This document shows positions 7,783-15,036 of a stretch of 25,140 nt of DNA, piece after piece. The notes beneath the pieces were generated by a model that made no database searches, was not told where the DNA came from, and saw only the letters and a list, made by a program, of their open reading frames with translations. How positions within the stretch are numbered: the stretch's first letter is position 1; every line of letters starts with the position of its first letter. Made by a program: the position numbers and the translations under genes. The DNA is from a virus (taxonomy: Duplodnaviria > Caudoviricetes): the IMG/VR virus record IMGVR_UViG_3300043400_000002, positions 1 to 25,140 of that record. One strand, 5' to 3'.

Positions 7783-7968
7783 GTCCCGCTTATGCCTGTT
7801 GCTCACATCCCTAGAGTTAGCGGCACACTTCAAGCGCCATATGAGCATAAATCTTGCCGCATATGGGTAAAACATACGAGTGATGGTGGACTTCGTATGC
7901 GGATTTTCTAGACCAAAGGATCGTCGTCCGGATGTAACAAGACACTATAATACCTGTTTAGGGACAGG
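7783..7968 (+). ncRNA. Putative structured RNA with pseudoknot
   Basis: Helices ACATCC/GGATGT, CTAGAG/TTCTAG, CATACGA/TCGTATG, and crossing helices GCGGCA/TGCCGC and CCATAT/ATATGG; boundaries uncertain. Confidence 0.55.
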
Positions 7969-8087
7969 AGTTATAGTTCAGTATATTTCAGGTTGGGTAA
8001 ACGAACGTGGTTTACTATTTGGGATGACAAATCAGGCGTTAATCTGAGGGGTAGCATCTAAGATACGGAATATGCTGAACTATGACT
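7969..8087 (+). ncRNA. Putative ~120-nt three-way-junction RNA
   Basis: 21-bp closing stem 7969-7989/8067-8087 (three G-U pairs) enclosing two hairpins; ends 1 nt before the tRNA-CAU. Confidence 0.62.
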
Positions 8088-8088
8088 T

Positions 8089-8164
8089 GCGACAGTAACT
8101 CAGTGGTGAGAGTAGGGAACTCATAATTCCTTGGTCGGTGGTTCAATTCCATCCTGTCGCACCA
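8089..8164 (+). tRNA. tRNA-Met(CAU), elongator Met or Ile2 type
   Basis: Canonical 76-nt cloverleaf: GCGACAG/CTGTCGC + A-CCA, ACTC/GAGT D-stem, GGGAA-CTCATAA-TTCCT, GGTGG-TTCAATT-CCATC. The 1-72 pair is intact, so it is not an initiator. Confidence 0.95.
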
Positions 8165-8178
8165 AACAAAGGAGAACT

Positions 8179-8997
8179 ATGAAAAACTTATTGATCGGTT
8201 CACAAGCGTTACAATACTGGAGTGCTACCTTCAAAGCAAAGCCAGATTCAGATTCAGATTGGGATATTATCAGTGAACATAAGATAACTGACGATATAAA
8301 ACGCATTGAGCATCATACGTTTGATCAGGTCGGTAACTATGATCTGCTAAACTATGCAAGTACGCATTGGATTGAAATTGCAGGTCAAAGAGTTTACGTA
8401 GTTAATCCTATTGGTCTTACTATTGTAAAGCGTAGTCATCTGTGGCGTGATCGCAAGTTTGAAAAGCACATGACGCAATACAATATGCATTTAAAGACAT
8501 ATCGTGAATTCTTTACAGATAAGGATGAAGATGTACTAAATAAGCGCATCAAGCTTACTATGTCAGAATACCCACAAGGTAATCCAAACTTGATGCAAAC
8601 AGTAGAAGATTTCTTTGATGATGCAGTAACTAAGAAGTACAATCATGATTACTTACACGAGTTGTTTGCTTACCATGAAGAGCCCTTGTATAAAAAATTA
8701 CAAAAAGATTCGAGTTTAGCTTGGTGTGACAAAAATCTGTGGTACAATCTAAATCATGTAGACAAACTTAGATGCATTGCAGAGGAAGCTTATGTTATTT
8801 CAACCGAAAGGTTCTTAGTACCTAGCGATTGGACTACACCAGCTAAACTAGCGTTTTACAAGTCGGTCAACAAGATTTGTACTACACTATGTTCAGGTTG
8901 GTTTCGTGACTATGCAATTGACAACTATACAGAAGTCTTGGATATGTTTGATACTGCTAAGGTTGAGAATGTTAAACAAATTTTACTAAAGGAGTAA
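8179..8997 (+). CDS. Putative Pol-beta-superfamily nucleotidyltransferase-like phage protein
   Basis: Start moved to ATG 8179 (SD AAGGAG; the track start 8131 lies inside the tRNA). N-terminal LIGS...DSDWDII matches the hG[GS]-x(n)-DhD NTase signature. Confidence 0.6.
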   Translation: MKNLLIGSQALQYWSATFKAKPDSDSDWDIISEHKITDDIKRIEHHTFDQVGNYDLLNYASTHWIEIAGQRVYVVNPIGLTIVKRSHLWRDRKFEKHMTQYNMHLKTYREFFTDKDEDVLNKRIKLTMSEYPQGNPNLMQTVEDFFDDAVTKKYNHDYLHELFAYHEEPLYKKLQKDSSLAWCDKNLWYNLNHVDKLRCIAEEAYVISTERFLVPSDWTTPAKLAFYKSVNKICTTLCSGWFRDYAIDNYTEVLDMFDTAKVENVKQILLKE

Positions 8998-8998
8998 T

Positions 8999-9358
8999 AT
9001 GCAAAATAAACTAATTGATAAAGTCGAAGCATTACTTGTAGAGGCTGATCGAGATGTTCAACGTGAATTTTTTAATAACGAGATTAGTGGTTCTGAACCT
9101 AGCAGGTGGGACGAACAAGAAGTTGTAGAGTTCAAAAGTGAAATGAAAGAAGCTGGAATTGCTTTTGAATTTGTAGACCGTTATGGCGGTGAAGAGCAAG
9201 GATCGGACTATTGGAGTGTTTACTCATTCTCAGATGGAATGCAAGTTGTATTCATCAAGTTCGATGGTTACTATGCATCTTATGATGGTTCAACCTACGA
9301 GGAGTTCTACGAAGTGCGAGCTGTAGAAAAAACCATTACTGTATTTGAAAAGAAATAA
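8999..9358 (+). CDS. Acidic hypothetical phage protein (paralog 1)
   Basis: SD AAGGAG; shares VD.YGGEEQGSDYW.V..FS...F.KF.GYYAS..GS.Y with the next ORF. Confidence 0.85.
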   Translation: MQNKLIDKVEALLVEADRDVQREFFNNEISGSEPSRWDEQEVVEFKSEMKEAGIAFEFVDRYGGEEQGSDYWSVYSFSDGMQVVFIKFDGYYASYDGSTYEEFYEVRAVEKTITVFEKK

Positions 9359-9368
9359 GGAGAGTAAC

Positions 9369-9680
9369 ATGAGTCTTAAAGAAACACTGGACATCATCTT
9401 TGAAGAAGTAAAGCATGGTGATTTAGAAGGTATGATGCAAGAAGGTTGCTATGGTACAATCGAAACTGCACTTGACAATCAACTCATCAGTTGTGATGTT
9501 GTAGATAGTTACGGTGGCGAAGAACAAGGTTCTGACTACTGGTGTGTATGGAAGTTCAGCAAAGATGGTGAAGAATGCTTTGTTAAGTTCTATGGTTATT
9601 ACGCATCGCACTACGGTTCAGAATACCAAGGTTTTAAATTTGTAACACCTGTACAAAAGCTTATGACTGTTTACGAGTAA
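9369..9680 (+). CDS. Acidic hypothetical phage protein (paralog 2)
   Basis: SD AAGGAG before ATG 9369; same motif as the previous ORF. Confidence 0.85.
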   Translation: MSLKETLDIIFEEVKHGDLEGMMQEGCYGTIETALDNQLISCDVVDSYGGEEQGSDYWCVWKFSKDGEECFVKFYGYYASHYGSEYQGFKFVTPVQKLMTVYE

Positions 9681-9695
9681 ATATCAAAATAAAGC

Positions 9696-9724
9696 TTGAC
9701 TTGACTAACAAGCTTTGTTATAAT
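9696..9724 (+). promoter_or_regulatory. sigma70-like promoter upstream of ssb, overlapped by an inverted repeat
   Basis: TTGACT (9696-9701), 17 nt spacer, TATAAT (9719-9724), extended -10 TG; inverted repeat AAAGCTTG (9691-9698)/CAAGCTTT (9709-9716). Confidence 0.8.
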
Positions 9725-9814
9725 CCGTTTTATAGCGTAAATTCTTGCGCTATATTAGTCGCACATTTTAGTGCATTTTAGTCTGTAACATAATTAGTCC
9801 TCGAAAGGAAATAT

Positions 9815-10456
9815 ATGAATAAATTAACCGGAACTCTACTCTACGTCCAACTCAACAAGCCTGTAAAAGCTTTTGTTAAAGCTGGAGAAGAAAAGAAACC
9901 TGATGAATGGAAAGCATCTGTAGCTATTGTAGATGAAGATACTGTTGATGCGTTTGAAGATTATGCAAAAAGCATTGACGCAAAAGTATCCGTCAAGAAA
10001 GTAAAAACTGCAGAGTTTGAAGCTGTCTATAAAGTAGCACCACCAGAAGGCGCAGGTAAGAATATTTGGGTTGTAACTCTACGCAAATCTACAGAGCTAG
10101 GTAAAACTGGTAAACCTGTACCTGATCTATACAAACCAAAAGTATTTGAAAAGGTCAAGAATACTCTAGTTGATGTAACCAATACCAAGCTACCCGCCAA
10201 TGGTTCAATCGGTTCTATCAGCATCGATGTATTTACTCGCAACAATGGTACAAGTTCTCTTTATCTAAAGAATGTTCTCGTAACTGAAATGATCGAGTAT
10301 GTACCCGAAGAAGGTTCAGCAAGCGATTACAATCCCGGTGATGAATTTAGCGATGAAGCACCAGCAGAAAAAGCAGTAGAGAAACCTGCCGCAAAACCTG
10401 CAGCTAAAGCAAAAGCTAAACCTGTAGCAGAAGACGAAGAAGACGCACCGTTTTAA
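9815..10456 (+). CDS. ssb: Single-stranded DNA-binding protein (T7 gp2.5-like)
   Basis: Size, replication-module context, flexible Ala/Lys/Pro linker and acidic C-terminal tail ending in an aromatic residue (EDEEDAPF). Confidence 0.7.
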   Translation: MNKLTGTLLYVQLNKPVKAFVKAGEEKKPDEWKASVAIVDEDTVDAFEDYAKSIDAKVSVKKVKTAEFEAVYKVAPPEGAGKNIWVVTLRKSTELGKTGKPVPDLYKPKVFEKVKNTLVDVTNTKLPANGSIGSISIDVFTRNNGTSSLYLKNVLVTEMIEYVPEEGSASDYNPGDEFSDEAPAEKAVEKPAAKPAAKAKAKPVAEDEEDAPF

Positions 10457-10463
10457 TCATATA

Positions 10464-10487
10464 GTAGGGGCTTCGGCCCCTGCCTTT
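10464..10487 (+). terminator. Hairpin/terminator after ssb
   Basis: GTAGGGGC-TTCG-GCCCCTGC (cUUCGg loop) followed by a short CTTT tract. Confidence 0.7.
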
Positions 10488-10506
10488 AACATTGACAGGA
10501 GAAATT

Positions 10507-10713
10507 ATGACAAAACAAACTAAAGATATTATTACGATTCTATCTATCCTAGTACTGGCAGTGCTTGCAATCATTTTTGTACCACTGGCTACAATCTGGT
10601 CGCTCAATACTTTGTTTCCAATTTTGAGTATTCCTTATACATTCTATAGCTGGTTAGCTGTAGTTGTAATGAATCTCACATGGATGTACAAACCAACTTT
10701 CAAAAAGGATTAA
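10507..10713 (+). CDS. Small membrane protein
   Basis: SD AGGAG before ATG 10507; two hydrophobic segments. Confidence 0.75.
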   Translation: MTKQTKDIITILSILVLAVLAIIFVPLATIWSLNTLFPILSIPYTFYSWLAVVVMNLTWMYKPTFKKD

Positions 10714-10714
10714 T

Positions 10715-10933
10715 ATGCAAAGTAAAGAAGCAATCGCAAAACTAGTACGACTGTACACACAAGAACAATCACTAGGTGAAGAAATCAAAGAGATTAAAGA
10801 CGAAGCCAAAGCTGCAGGTCTTGATCCTGCTGTACTAAGTGCAGTAGCCAAAGCTATCGTAAAAGATGGTGTTGATAAGCTAGTAGAAAAATCAGAGCTA
10901 ACACTAGAAGCTATTCAAGCTGCTCGTAGCTGA
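10715..10933 (+). CDS. Small dsDNA-binding protein (GapR/T4 DsbA-like)
   Basis: Helical 72-aa protein with EEIKEIKDEAKAAGLDPAVL, resembling the DUF2312/GapR core. Confidence 0.6.
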   Translation: MQSKEAIAKLVRLYTQEQSLGEEIKEIKDEAKAAGLDPAVLSAVAKAIVKDGVDKLVEKSELTLEAIQAARS

Positions 10934-10937
10934 TAAT

Positions 10938-10972
10938 AAGACCCCGAGGTTAATCCCTTGGGGTTTTTCTTT
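10938..10972 (+). terminator. Intrinsic terminator
   Basis: AAGACCCCGAGG-TTAATC-CCTTGGGGTTTT followed by TCTTT. Confidence 0.85.
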
Positions 10973-10982
10973 AAGGAGAATT

Positions 10983-11360
10983 ATGAGAGTTATTATTGCT
11001 GGTGGTAGAAATATTACAGACTATAATGTTGTAAAAATTGCATATCATAAATCCGGTCTTCAAGCTACCGAAATTGTTTCAGGTGCTGCTAAAGGTGTAG
11101 ATTATCTTGGTGAACTATTTGCAAAAGATAATGGTATTTCAATTAAAAGATTCCCTGCAGATTGGAACAAATATGGTAAACGTGCCGGACCGTTGCGTAA
11201 TCTAGAGATGGCTGAATATGCAGATGCGTTGATTGCTATTTGGGATGGAGAAAGTAAAGGAACAGCTAACATGATTTCACAAGCTAGATTAAAAAATTTA
11301 AAAGTCTTTGTTTACTTAGTCGGAGAAAAATACTATGACGCAGCGAATCCTAATCATTGA
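10983..11360 (+). CDS. YspA/DUF2493-type SLOG family protein
   Basis: MRVIIAGGR, IVSGAAKGVD, FPADWNKYGKRAGPLRN.EM, AIWDGESKGTANMI. Confidence 0.85.
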   Translation: MRVIIAGGRNITDYNVVKIAYHKSGLQATEIVSGAAKGVDYLGELFAKDNGISIKRFPADWNKYGKRAGPLRNLEMAEYADALIAIWDGESKGTANMISQARLKNLKVFVYLVGEKYYDAANPNH

Positions 11361-12312
11361 TGCTGACCTGATTGCATATCAATATGCTGCAGCAAATGAA
11401 AAGCGCAGTATTGTAGCAAAGCATTTAAAATCAGGTAGAGAGAAAATCTTTAAAACCCGCACAGAATTAAAGACGTTACTCAAAGAAAAGAACATGGAGT
11501 TTAACCCTGAAGACTATGAAATTGAAGATGTGCAAACTGCAGCTTCTATTCGATTTGCTCTACGTAATGTAAAGAGTGTTATTCAGCGTTTAACGGACCA
11601 TACGTGGGCTGATCGAGTAGAGCTATACCTTGGTACTGGAAAGACGTTTAGACACGCTCTAGCCCTTCCTACACTGTATAAGGACAATCGTGATGATCTG
11701 ATCAAACCTTTACAACTTGCAGATGTACGAAAATATTTACAAGTAAAGCATCGAGCACAGTTGATCAAAGGTATTGAAACCGATGATATGATTACGATTA
11801 GAGCTTATGAAGAGTTAGCCAAGGGTAACTATCCTATCATTGCTTCTGCAGATAAAGATGCACAACAATCTCAAGGTGTAGAGATACTGAACTTTGGTCA
11901 AGAAGAGTGGCAAGGTAAGGTTGTACCGATTGTGGGTTCACTGTGGAAAGAAAAGACCAGTTACAAAGGTGATGGACTAAAGTTTTTAGCATTGCAGGTA
12001 TTATCAGGAGACAATGCAGATACTTATAAAGGTTATCAGTTATCCAGTGTAAGTTACGGTCCAGCTAAAGCTATGAAAGCACTAGAAAAAGCAAGTACCG
12101 AAAAAGAAATCCTTGAGGTGTTAATCAGTGAGTTTAAACGATTATATCCAGAACCTTTTGAATATGTAGATTGTCATGGTGTACAGCACAGTGATGCAGA
12201 TTGGTTTGACATGCTACAAATGTACTGGACTTGCGCATACATGAAACGCAGTATTGATGATGACAGTAGCTTTATTCAGTTCGCAGCAGAAAGAGGTGTT
12301 TATGTCAATTAA
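11335..12312 (+). CDS. 5'-3' exonuclease (T7 gp6/FEN-like)
   Basis: IIDADLIAY, FR, YKDNR, IETDD, SADKD, GDNAD.Y.G acidic motifs. Confidence 0.88.
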   Translation: MTQRILIIDADLIAYQYAAANEKRSIVAKHLKSGREKIFKTRTELKTLLKEKNMEFNPEDYEIEDVQTAASIRFALRNVKSVIQRLTDHTWADRVELYLGTGKTFRHALALPTLYKDNRDDLIKPLQLADVRKYLQVKHRAQLIKGIETDDMITIRAYEELAKGNYPIIASADKDAQQSQGVEILNFGQEEWQGKVVPIVGSLWKEKTSYKGDGLKFLALQVLSGDNADTYKGYQLSSVSYGPAKAMKALEKASTEKEILEVLISEFKRLYPEPFEYVDCHGVQHSDADWFDMLQMYWTCAYMKRSIDDDSSFIQFAAERGVYVN

Positions 12313-12568
12313 ACCTGATAAAGTTATCAAGTATTACCGTCTAGACAATACAGGATTTACGGCAGGTACTTCATGGTTCGAAGGTTGTAGATATGAAACA
12401 TTTAAACAAGCTAAAGAAATGTACAATAATCGAAATTGGAAAGATAAATCTGTCAAATGGAGAATAGTTGAAGTTACAATCTTCAGATATTTTCAAGATG
12501 AAACACAACCATTTTTAGAAACACAAAAAGTAACACAAGAAAGGTATCTCTATGTTAATCAAGATTAA
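12302..12568 (+). CDS. Hypothetical protein
   Basis: SD GAGGTG before ATG 12302; overlaps both neighbours. Confidence 0.7.
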   Translation: MSIKPDKVIKYYRLDNTGFTAGTSWFEGCRYETFKQAKEMYNNRNWKDKSVKWRIVEVTIFRYFQDETQPFLETQKVTQERYLYVNQD

Positions 12569-12785
12569 ACAACAAGAAGACTCTTTGATTTATCGTTTGA
12601 GAAAACGTGCAGAAATTCGTAGAAGTATTAATTCACGGAAATCAGTACAAGAAGGTAAACCTGATAGAATCTCTGATTTACTTGAAGAGGCCGCTGAAGA
12701 AATTTGTAAGTTAGAAGCTGTAATTGGCGAAATGGACGATATCATTGATCGACTAGAGCGAAGGTTAAACGATAATGACGACTGA
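12552..12785 (+). CDS. Hypothetical phage protein (C-terminal coiled coil)
   Basis: Closely packed ORF with SD AAGG; helical heptad pattern at the C-terminus. Confidence 0.72.
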   Translation: MLIKIKQQEDSLIYRLRKRAEIRRSINSRKSVQEGKPDRISDLLEEAAEEICKLEAVIGEMDDIIDRLERRLNDNDD

Positions 12786-13278
12786 CCTTTATAATACAGC
12801 AGATGTTAAAAAGGTACGAGAACTACTTACAAAAGAACAGAACAATAAGTGCGCTGTAACTGGTTTAGAAATTCCAGTTAAGCAACACGTTCTGGATCAT
12901 GCGCACGATGAAACTCAATTAGTTCGTGGTGTGTTACATCGTCAAGTGAATGCTTTTGCAGGTAAAGCCGAGAATGCATTTATTCGATTGATTGCTTGGT
13001 GGTATCCTAACGATTTACCTACCTTGTTAAGAGAATGTGCAGACTATCTTGAGAAAGAACCTGATACACGCTACAGACACAACGGTTGGATCAAAAAGAT
13101 TAACACTGAGTTTAATAAGCTGAAAGAAGCACAAAAAGATTCAGTGTTAGTTGCTTTGGGTAAAGCTGCAGGTAAGAATGCTGTTGAACGCAAGAAATTA
13201 TTTCAATCTGCAGTGTTGACAAAGCAGTTCAGCTATGATACACTGCGAGACATTATCAACAAAGAGAAGGATGTGTGA
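12775..13278 (+). CDS. Recombination endonuclease VII-like (His-Me finger) nuclease
   Basis: EQNNKCAVTG...VLDHAH...VRGVLHRQVNAFAGK. Confidence 0.85.
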   Translation: MTTDLYNTADVKKVRELLTKEQNNKCAVTGLEIPVKQHVLDHAHDETQLVRGVLHRQVNAFAGKAENAFIRLIAWWYPNDLPTLLRECADYLEKEPDTRYRHNGWIKKINTEFNKLKEAQKDSVLVALGKAAGKNAVERKKLFQSAVLTKQFSYDTLRDIINKEKDV

Positions 13279-13679
13279 TGAAAGTAACCGAAGTACAAAA
13301 AAATGTCTGGGGTAATTATTATTATCCAAAAATGTCTGATTTAATTGGACGAGTGTTCACAGAAGTAATCGAAACTAGTGACGAACTTATCCTTAAGAAC
13401 GATAAAGAGTTCTTCAAGTTTTATCACCAACAATCTTGTTGCGAAAGTGTATCAATTGAAGATATTACAGGTGATTTAAATGATCTAGTCGATTCACCTA
13501 TCCTATTTGCGGAAGAAGCAGTGAACGTTGATCCAGATGCAAACGAATCAGGCATATGGACTTTTTACAAACTTGCTACAGTTAAAGGATGGGTTGATAT
13601 TCGTTGGTACGGTTCATCCAATGGTTACTACTTTGAAGGTGTAAATCTTACATATGATAAATACGAAAATGAAAATTAA
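13275..13679 (+). CDS. Conserved hypothetical phage protein
   Basis: HQQSCCESVSIEDITGDL...WTFYKLATVKGWVDIRWYGSSNGYY resembles a widespread phage family of unknown function. Confidence 0.8.
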   Translation: MMKVTEVQKNVWGNYYYPKMSDLIGRVFTEVIETSDELILKNDKEFFKFYHQQSCCESVSIEDITGDLNDLVDSPILFAEEAVNVDPDANESGIWTFYKLATVKGWVDIRWYGSSNGYYFEGVNLTYDKYENEN

Positions 13680-13851
13680 AATTATTAAATGTAAAGATAT
13701 GCTACTTTGGTATAGAAATCGAATTGGCGAAGAATTTGAAGTTCAGTTTGTTGAAGATAAAGCATATTGGACAAGAGAAGGTGGTACATTCAATGCGTTA
13801 AATTGGGTGTATAAAGAAGATGCAACTATTACGGAAGGTAATGTAGGATGA
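13669..13851 (+). CDS. Small hypothetical protein
   Basis: Overlap-coupled ORF; probable start ATG 13669 (MKIKIIKC). Confidence 0.65.
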   Translation: MKIKIIKCKDMLLWYRNRIGEEFEVQFVEDKAYWTREGGTFNALNWVYKEDATITEGNVG

Positions 13852-14795
13852 AATATACACATGAAACAATTGAGAAAATTTGCGATATGAAACTTGCAGG
13901 TTTCTCTTCACGAGCGATTGCAGCAGCTTTAGGTATCAGTAAATCTGGTATTAATGATATGTTTCAACGTGGAGTACCTTTGATGTATAATCCTCGTGAT
14001 GTAGCATTCAAGAGCAATGGACCTAAGATTTTAATCTTTGATACTGAAACTGCAGCTGCTACTGCACTTACATTTGGACGTTTTAAAGTTAACTTATCGC
14101 AGGATAATATCTTAGATAACGGCGGCTGGATTCTATGTGCTTGCTGGCGCTGGTTGGGTCAGAGTGAAACACAAAGTATCTACCTCACACCAAAAGAGGT
14201 TCTAGCTAAAGATGACAGTCGTATTGTTGCAAAGCTGTTTGAATTGTACGAAGAAGCTGATGCTGTACTTGCACATAATTCATTAGGTTTTGATCACAAA
14301 GTTGTGCAAGCAAGAGCAATCTTTAATAACTTCCCACCACTACCACAAGTTAAAGTATTGGATACACTGCAGTTGGTACGTAAGTATCTAAAGCTACCTA
14401 GCAATCGCTTAGATGCAATTGGTGAGTTCTTTGGTTTAGGTCGCAAAGTATCTACTGGTGGAATCTCACTATGGCGTAAAGTCCAAGAAGGTGATGTACA
14501 AGCTATGAAAGATATGGTGACATACTGCGAACAAGACGTAGATTTACTGTATGATATCTACTTGCGTACTCGTCAGTTAGGTCGCGCAGGTTCAGACTTT
14601 AACGCAGCTTTGTACTACGATGACGATCAAACCCGTTGCCGTGTATGTGGTAGCACCGATGTTGAACACACTGGTCGTAACGTAACAACTTCTGTCAGTG
14701 TATTTGAAGAGATTCGTTGTAATGAATGCGGTGCTGTACATCGTACTCGAACAACTAAGGCTTCAAAAGAAAAACGAAAAAGCTTGATTGTATAA
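13848..14795 (+). CDS. HTH + DnaQ/RNase H-like (YprB-type) 3'-5' exonuclease + Zn ribbon
   Basis: N-terminal HTH SSRAIAAALGISKSGI; DEDD motifs FDTET, AHNSLGFD, LDTL, YCEQDV; C-terminal CRVC...CNEC. Confidence 0.85.
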   Translation: MKYTHETIEKICDMKLAGFSSRAIAAALGISKSGINDMFQRGVPLMYNPRDVAFKSNGPKILIFDTETAAATALTFGRFKVNLSQDNILDNGGWILCACWRWLGQSETQSIYLTPKEVLAKDDSRIVAKLFELYEEADAVLAHNSLGFDHKVVQARAIFNNFPPLPQVKVLDTLQLVRKYLKLPSNRLDAIGEFFGLGRKVSTGGISLWRKVQEGDVQAMKDMVTYCEQDVDLLYDIYLRTRQLGRAGSDFNAALYYDDDQTRCRVCGSTDVEHTGRNVTTSVSVFEEIRCNECGAVHRTRTTKASKEKRKSLIV

Positions 14796-14813
14796 AGCAA
14801 TCCATGCTATAAT
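14784..14813 (+). promoter_or_regulatory. sigma70-like promoter
   Basis: TTGATT (14784-14789), 18 nt spacer, TATAAT (14808-14813), extended -10 TG. Confidence 0.65.
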
Positions 14814-14829
14814 CACTGCTAGTTCCAAA

Positions 14830-14855
14830 CCCCGAGTAACGCTCGGGGATTTTTT
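14830..14855 (+). terminator. Intrinsic terminator
   Basis: CCCCGAG-TAACG-CTCGGGG followed by ATTTTTT. Confidence 0.85.
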
Positions 14856-14874
14856 ACATCTTGAAAGGATTCAC

Positions 14875-15036
14875 ATGCTTGCACCTTGGTTTAAATATTT
14901 TGTTAAAAATATTCTTAAATTTATTCTTGTTATTGTTTGGCTTATTATTCTTCCGTTATATTGGTTGAGTTATCTTAAAATAGCAATGCAAGATGCAATG
15001 TATGATCTAGAAAACACAAAGAAGGAGTATCTATGA
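14875..15036 (+). CDS. Small membrane protein
   Basis: SD AAGGA before ATG 14875, downstream of the terminator; one hydrophobic segment. Confidence 0.65.
   Translation: MLAPWFKYFVKNILKFILVIVWLIILPLYWLSYLKIAMQDAMYDLENTKKEYL

Noticed and set aside
7820-7905. HDV-like/theta ribozyme associated with tRNAs
   Set aside because: The crossing helices resemble P1/P2/P3, but there is no J4/2 with a catalytic C between the P1 and P2 3' strands, no P1.1, and it does not start at a tRNA 3' end.
7708-7911. 67-aa ORF in the track
   Set aside because: No SD, and it runs through a T-arm, D-arm and multiple helices; better explained as ncRNA.
7923-7951. Internal promoter at TATAAT 7946-7951
   Set aside because: No credible -35 or extended -10 TG.
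7611-8087. tmRNA (one-piece or permuted two-piece)
   Set aside because: No acceptor stem with G3-U70; the permuted unit has a real D-stem, only a 3-bp acceptor and no CCA; no tag frame ending in Ala-Ala was seen.
8131-8178. Track start for the NTase-like ORF
   Set aside because: It lies inside the tRNA-CAU; ATG 8179 has a strong SD.
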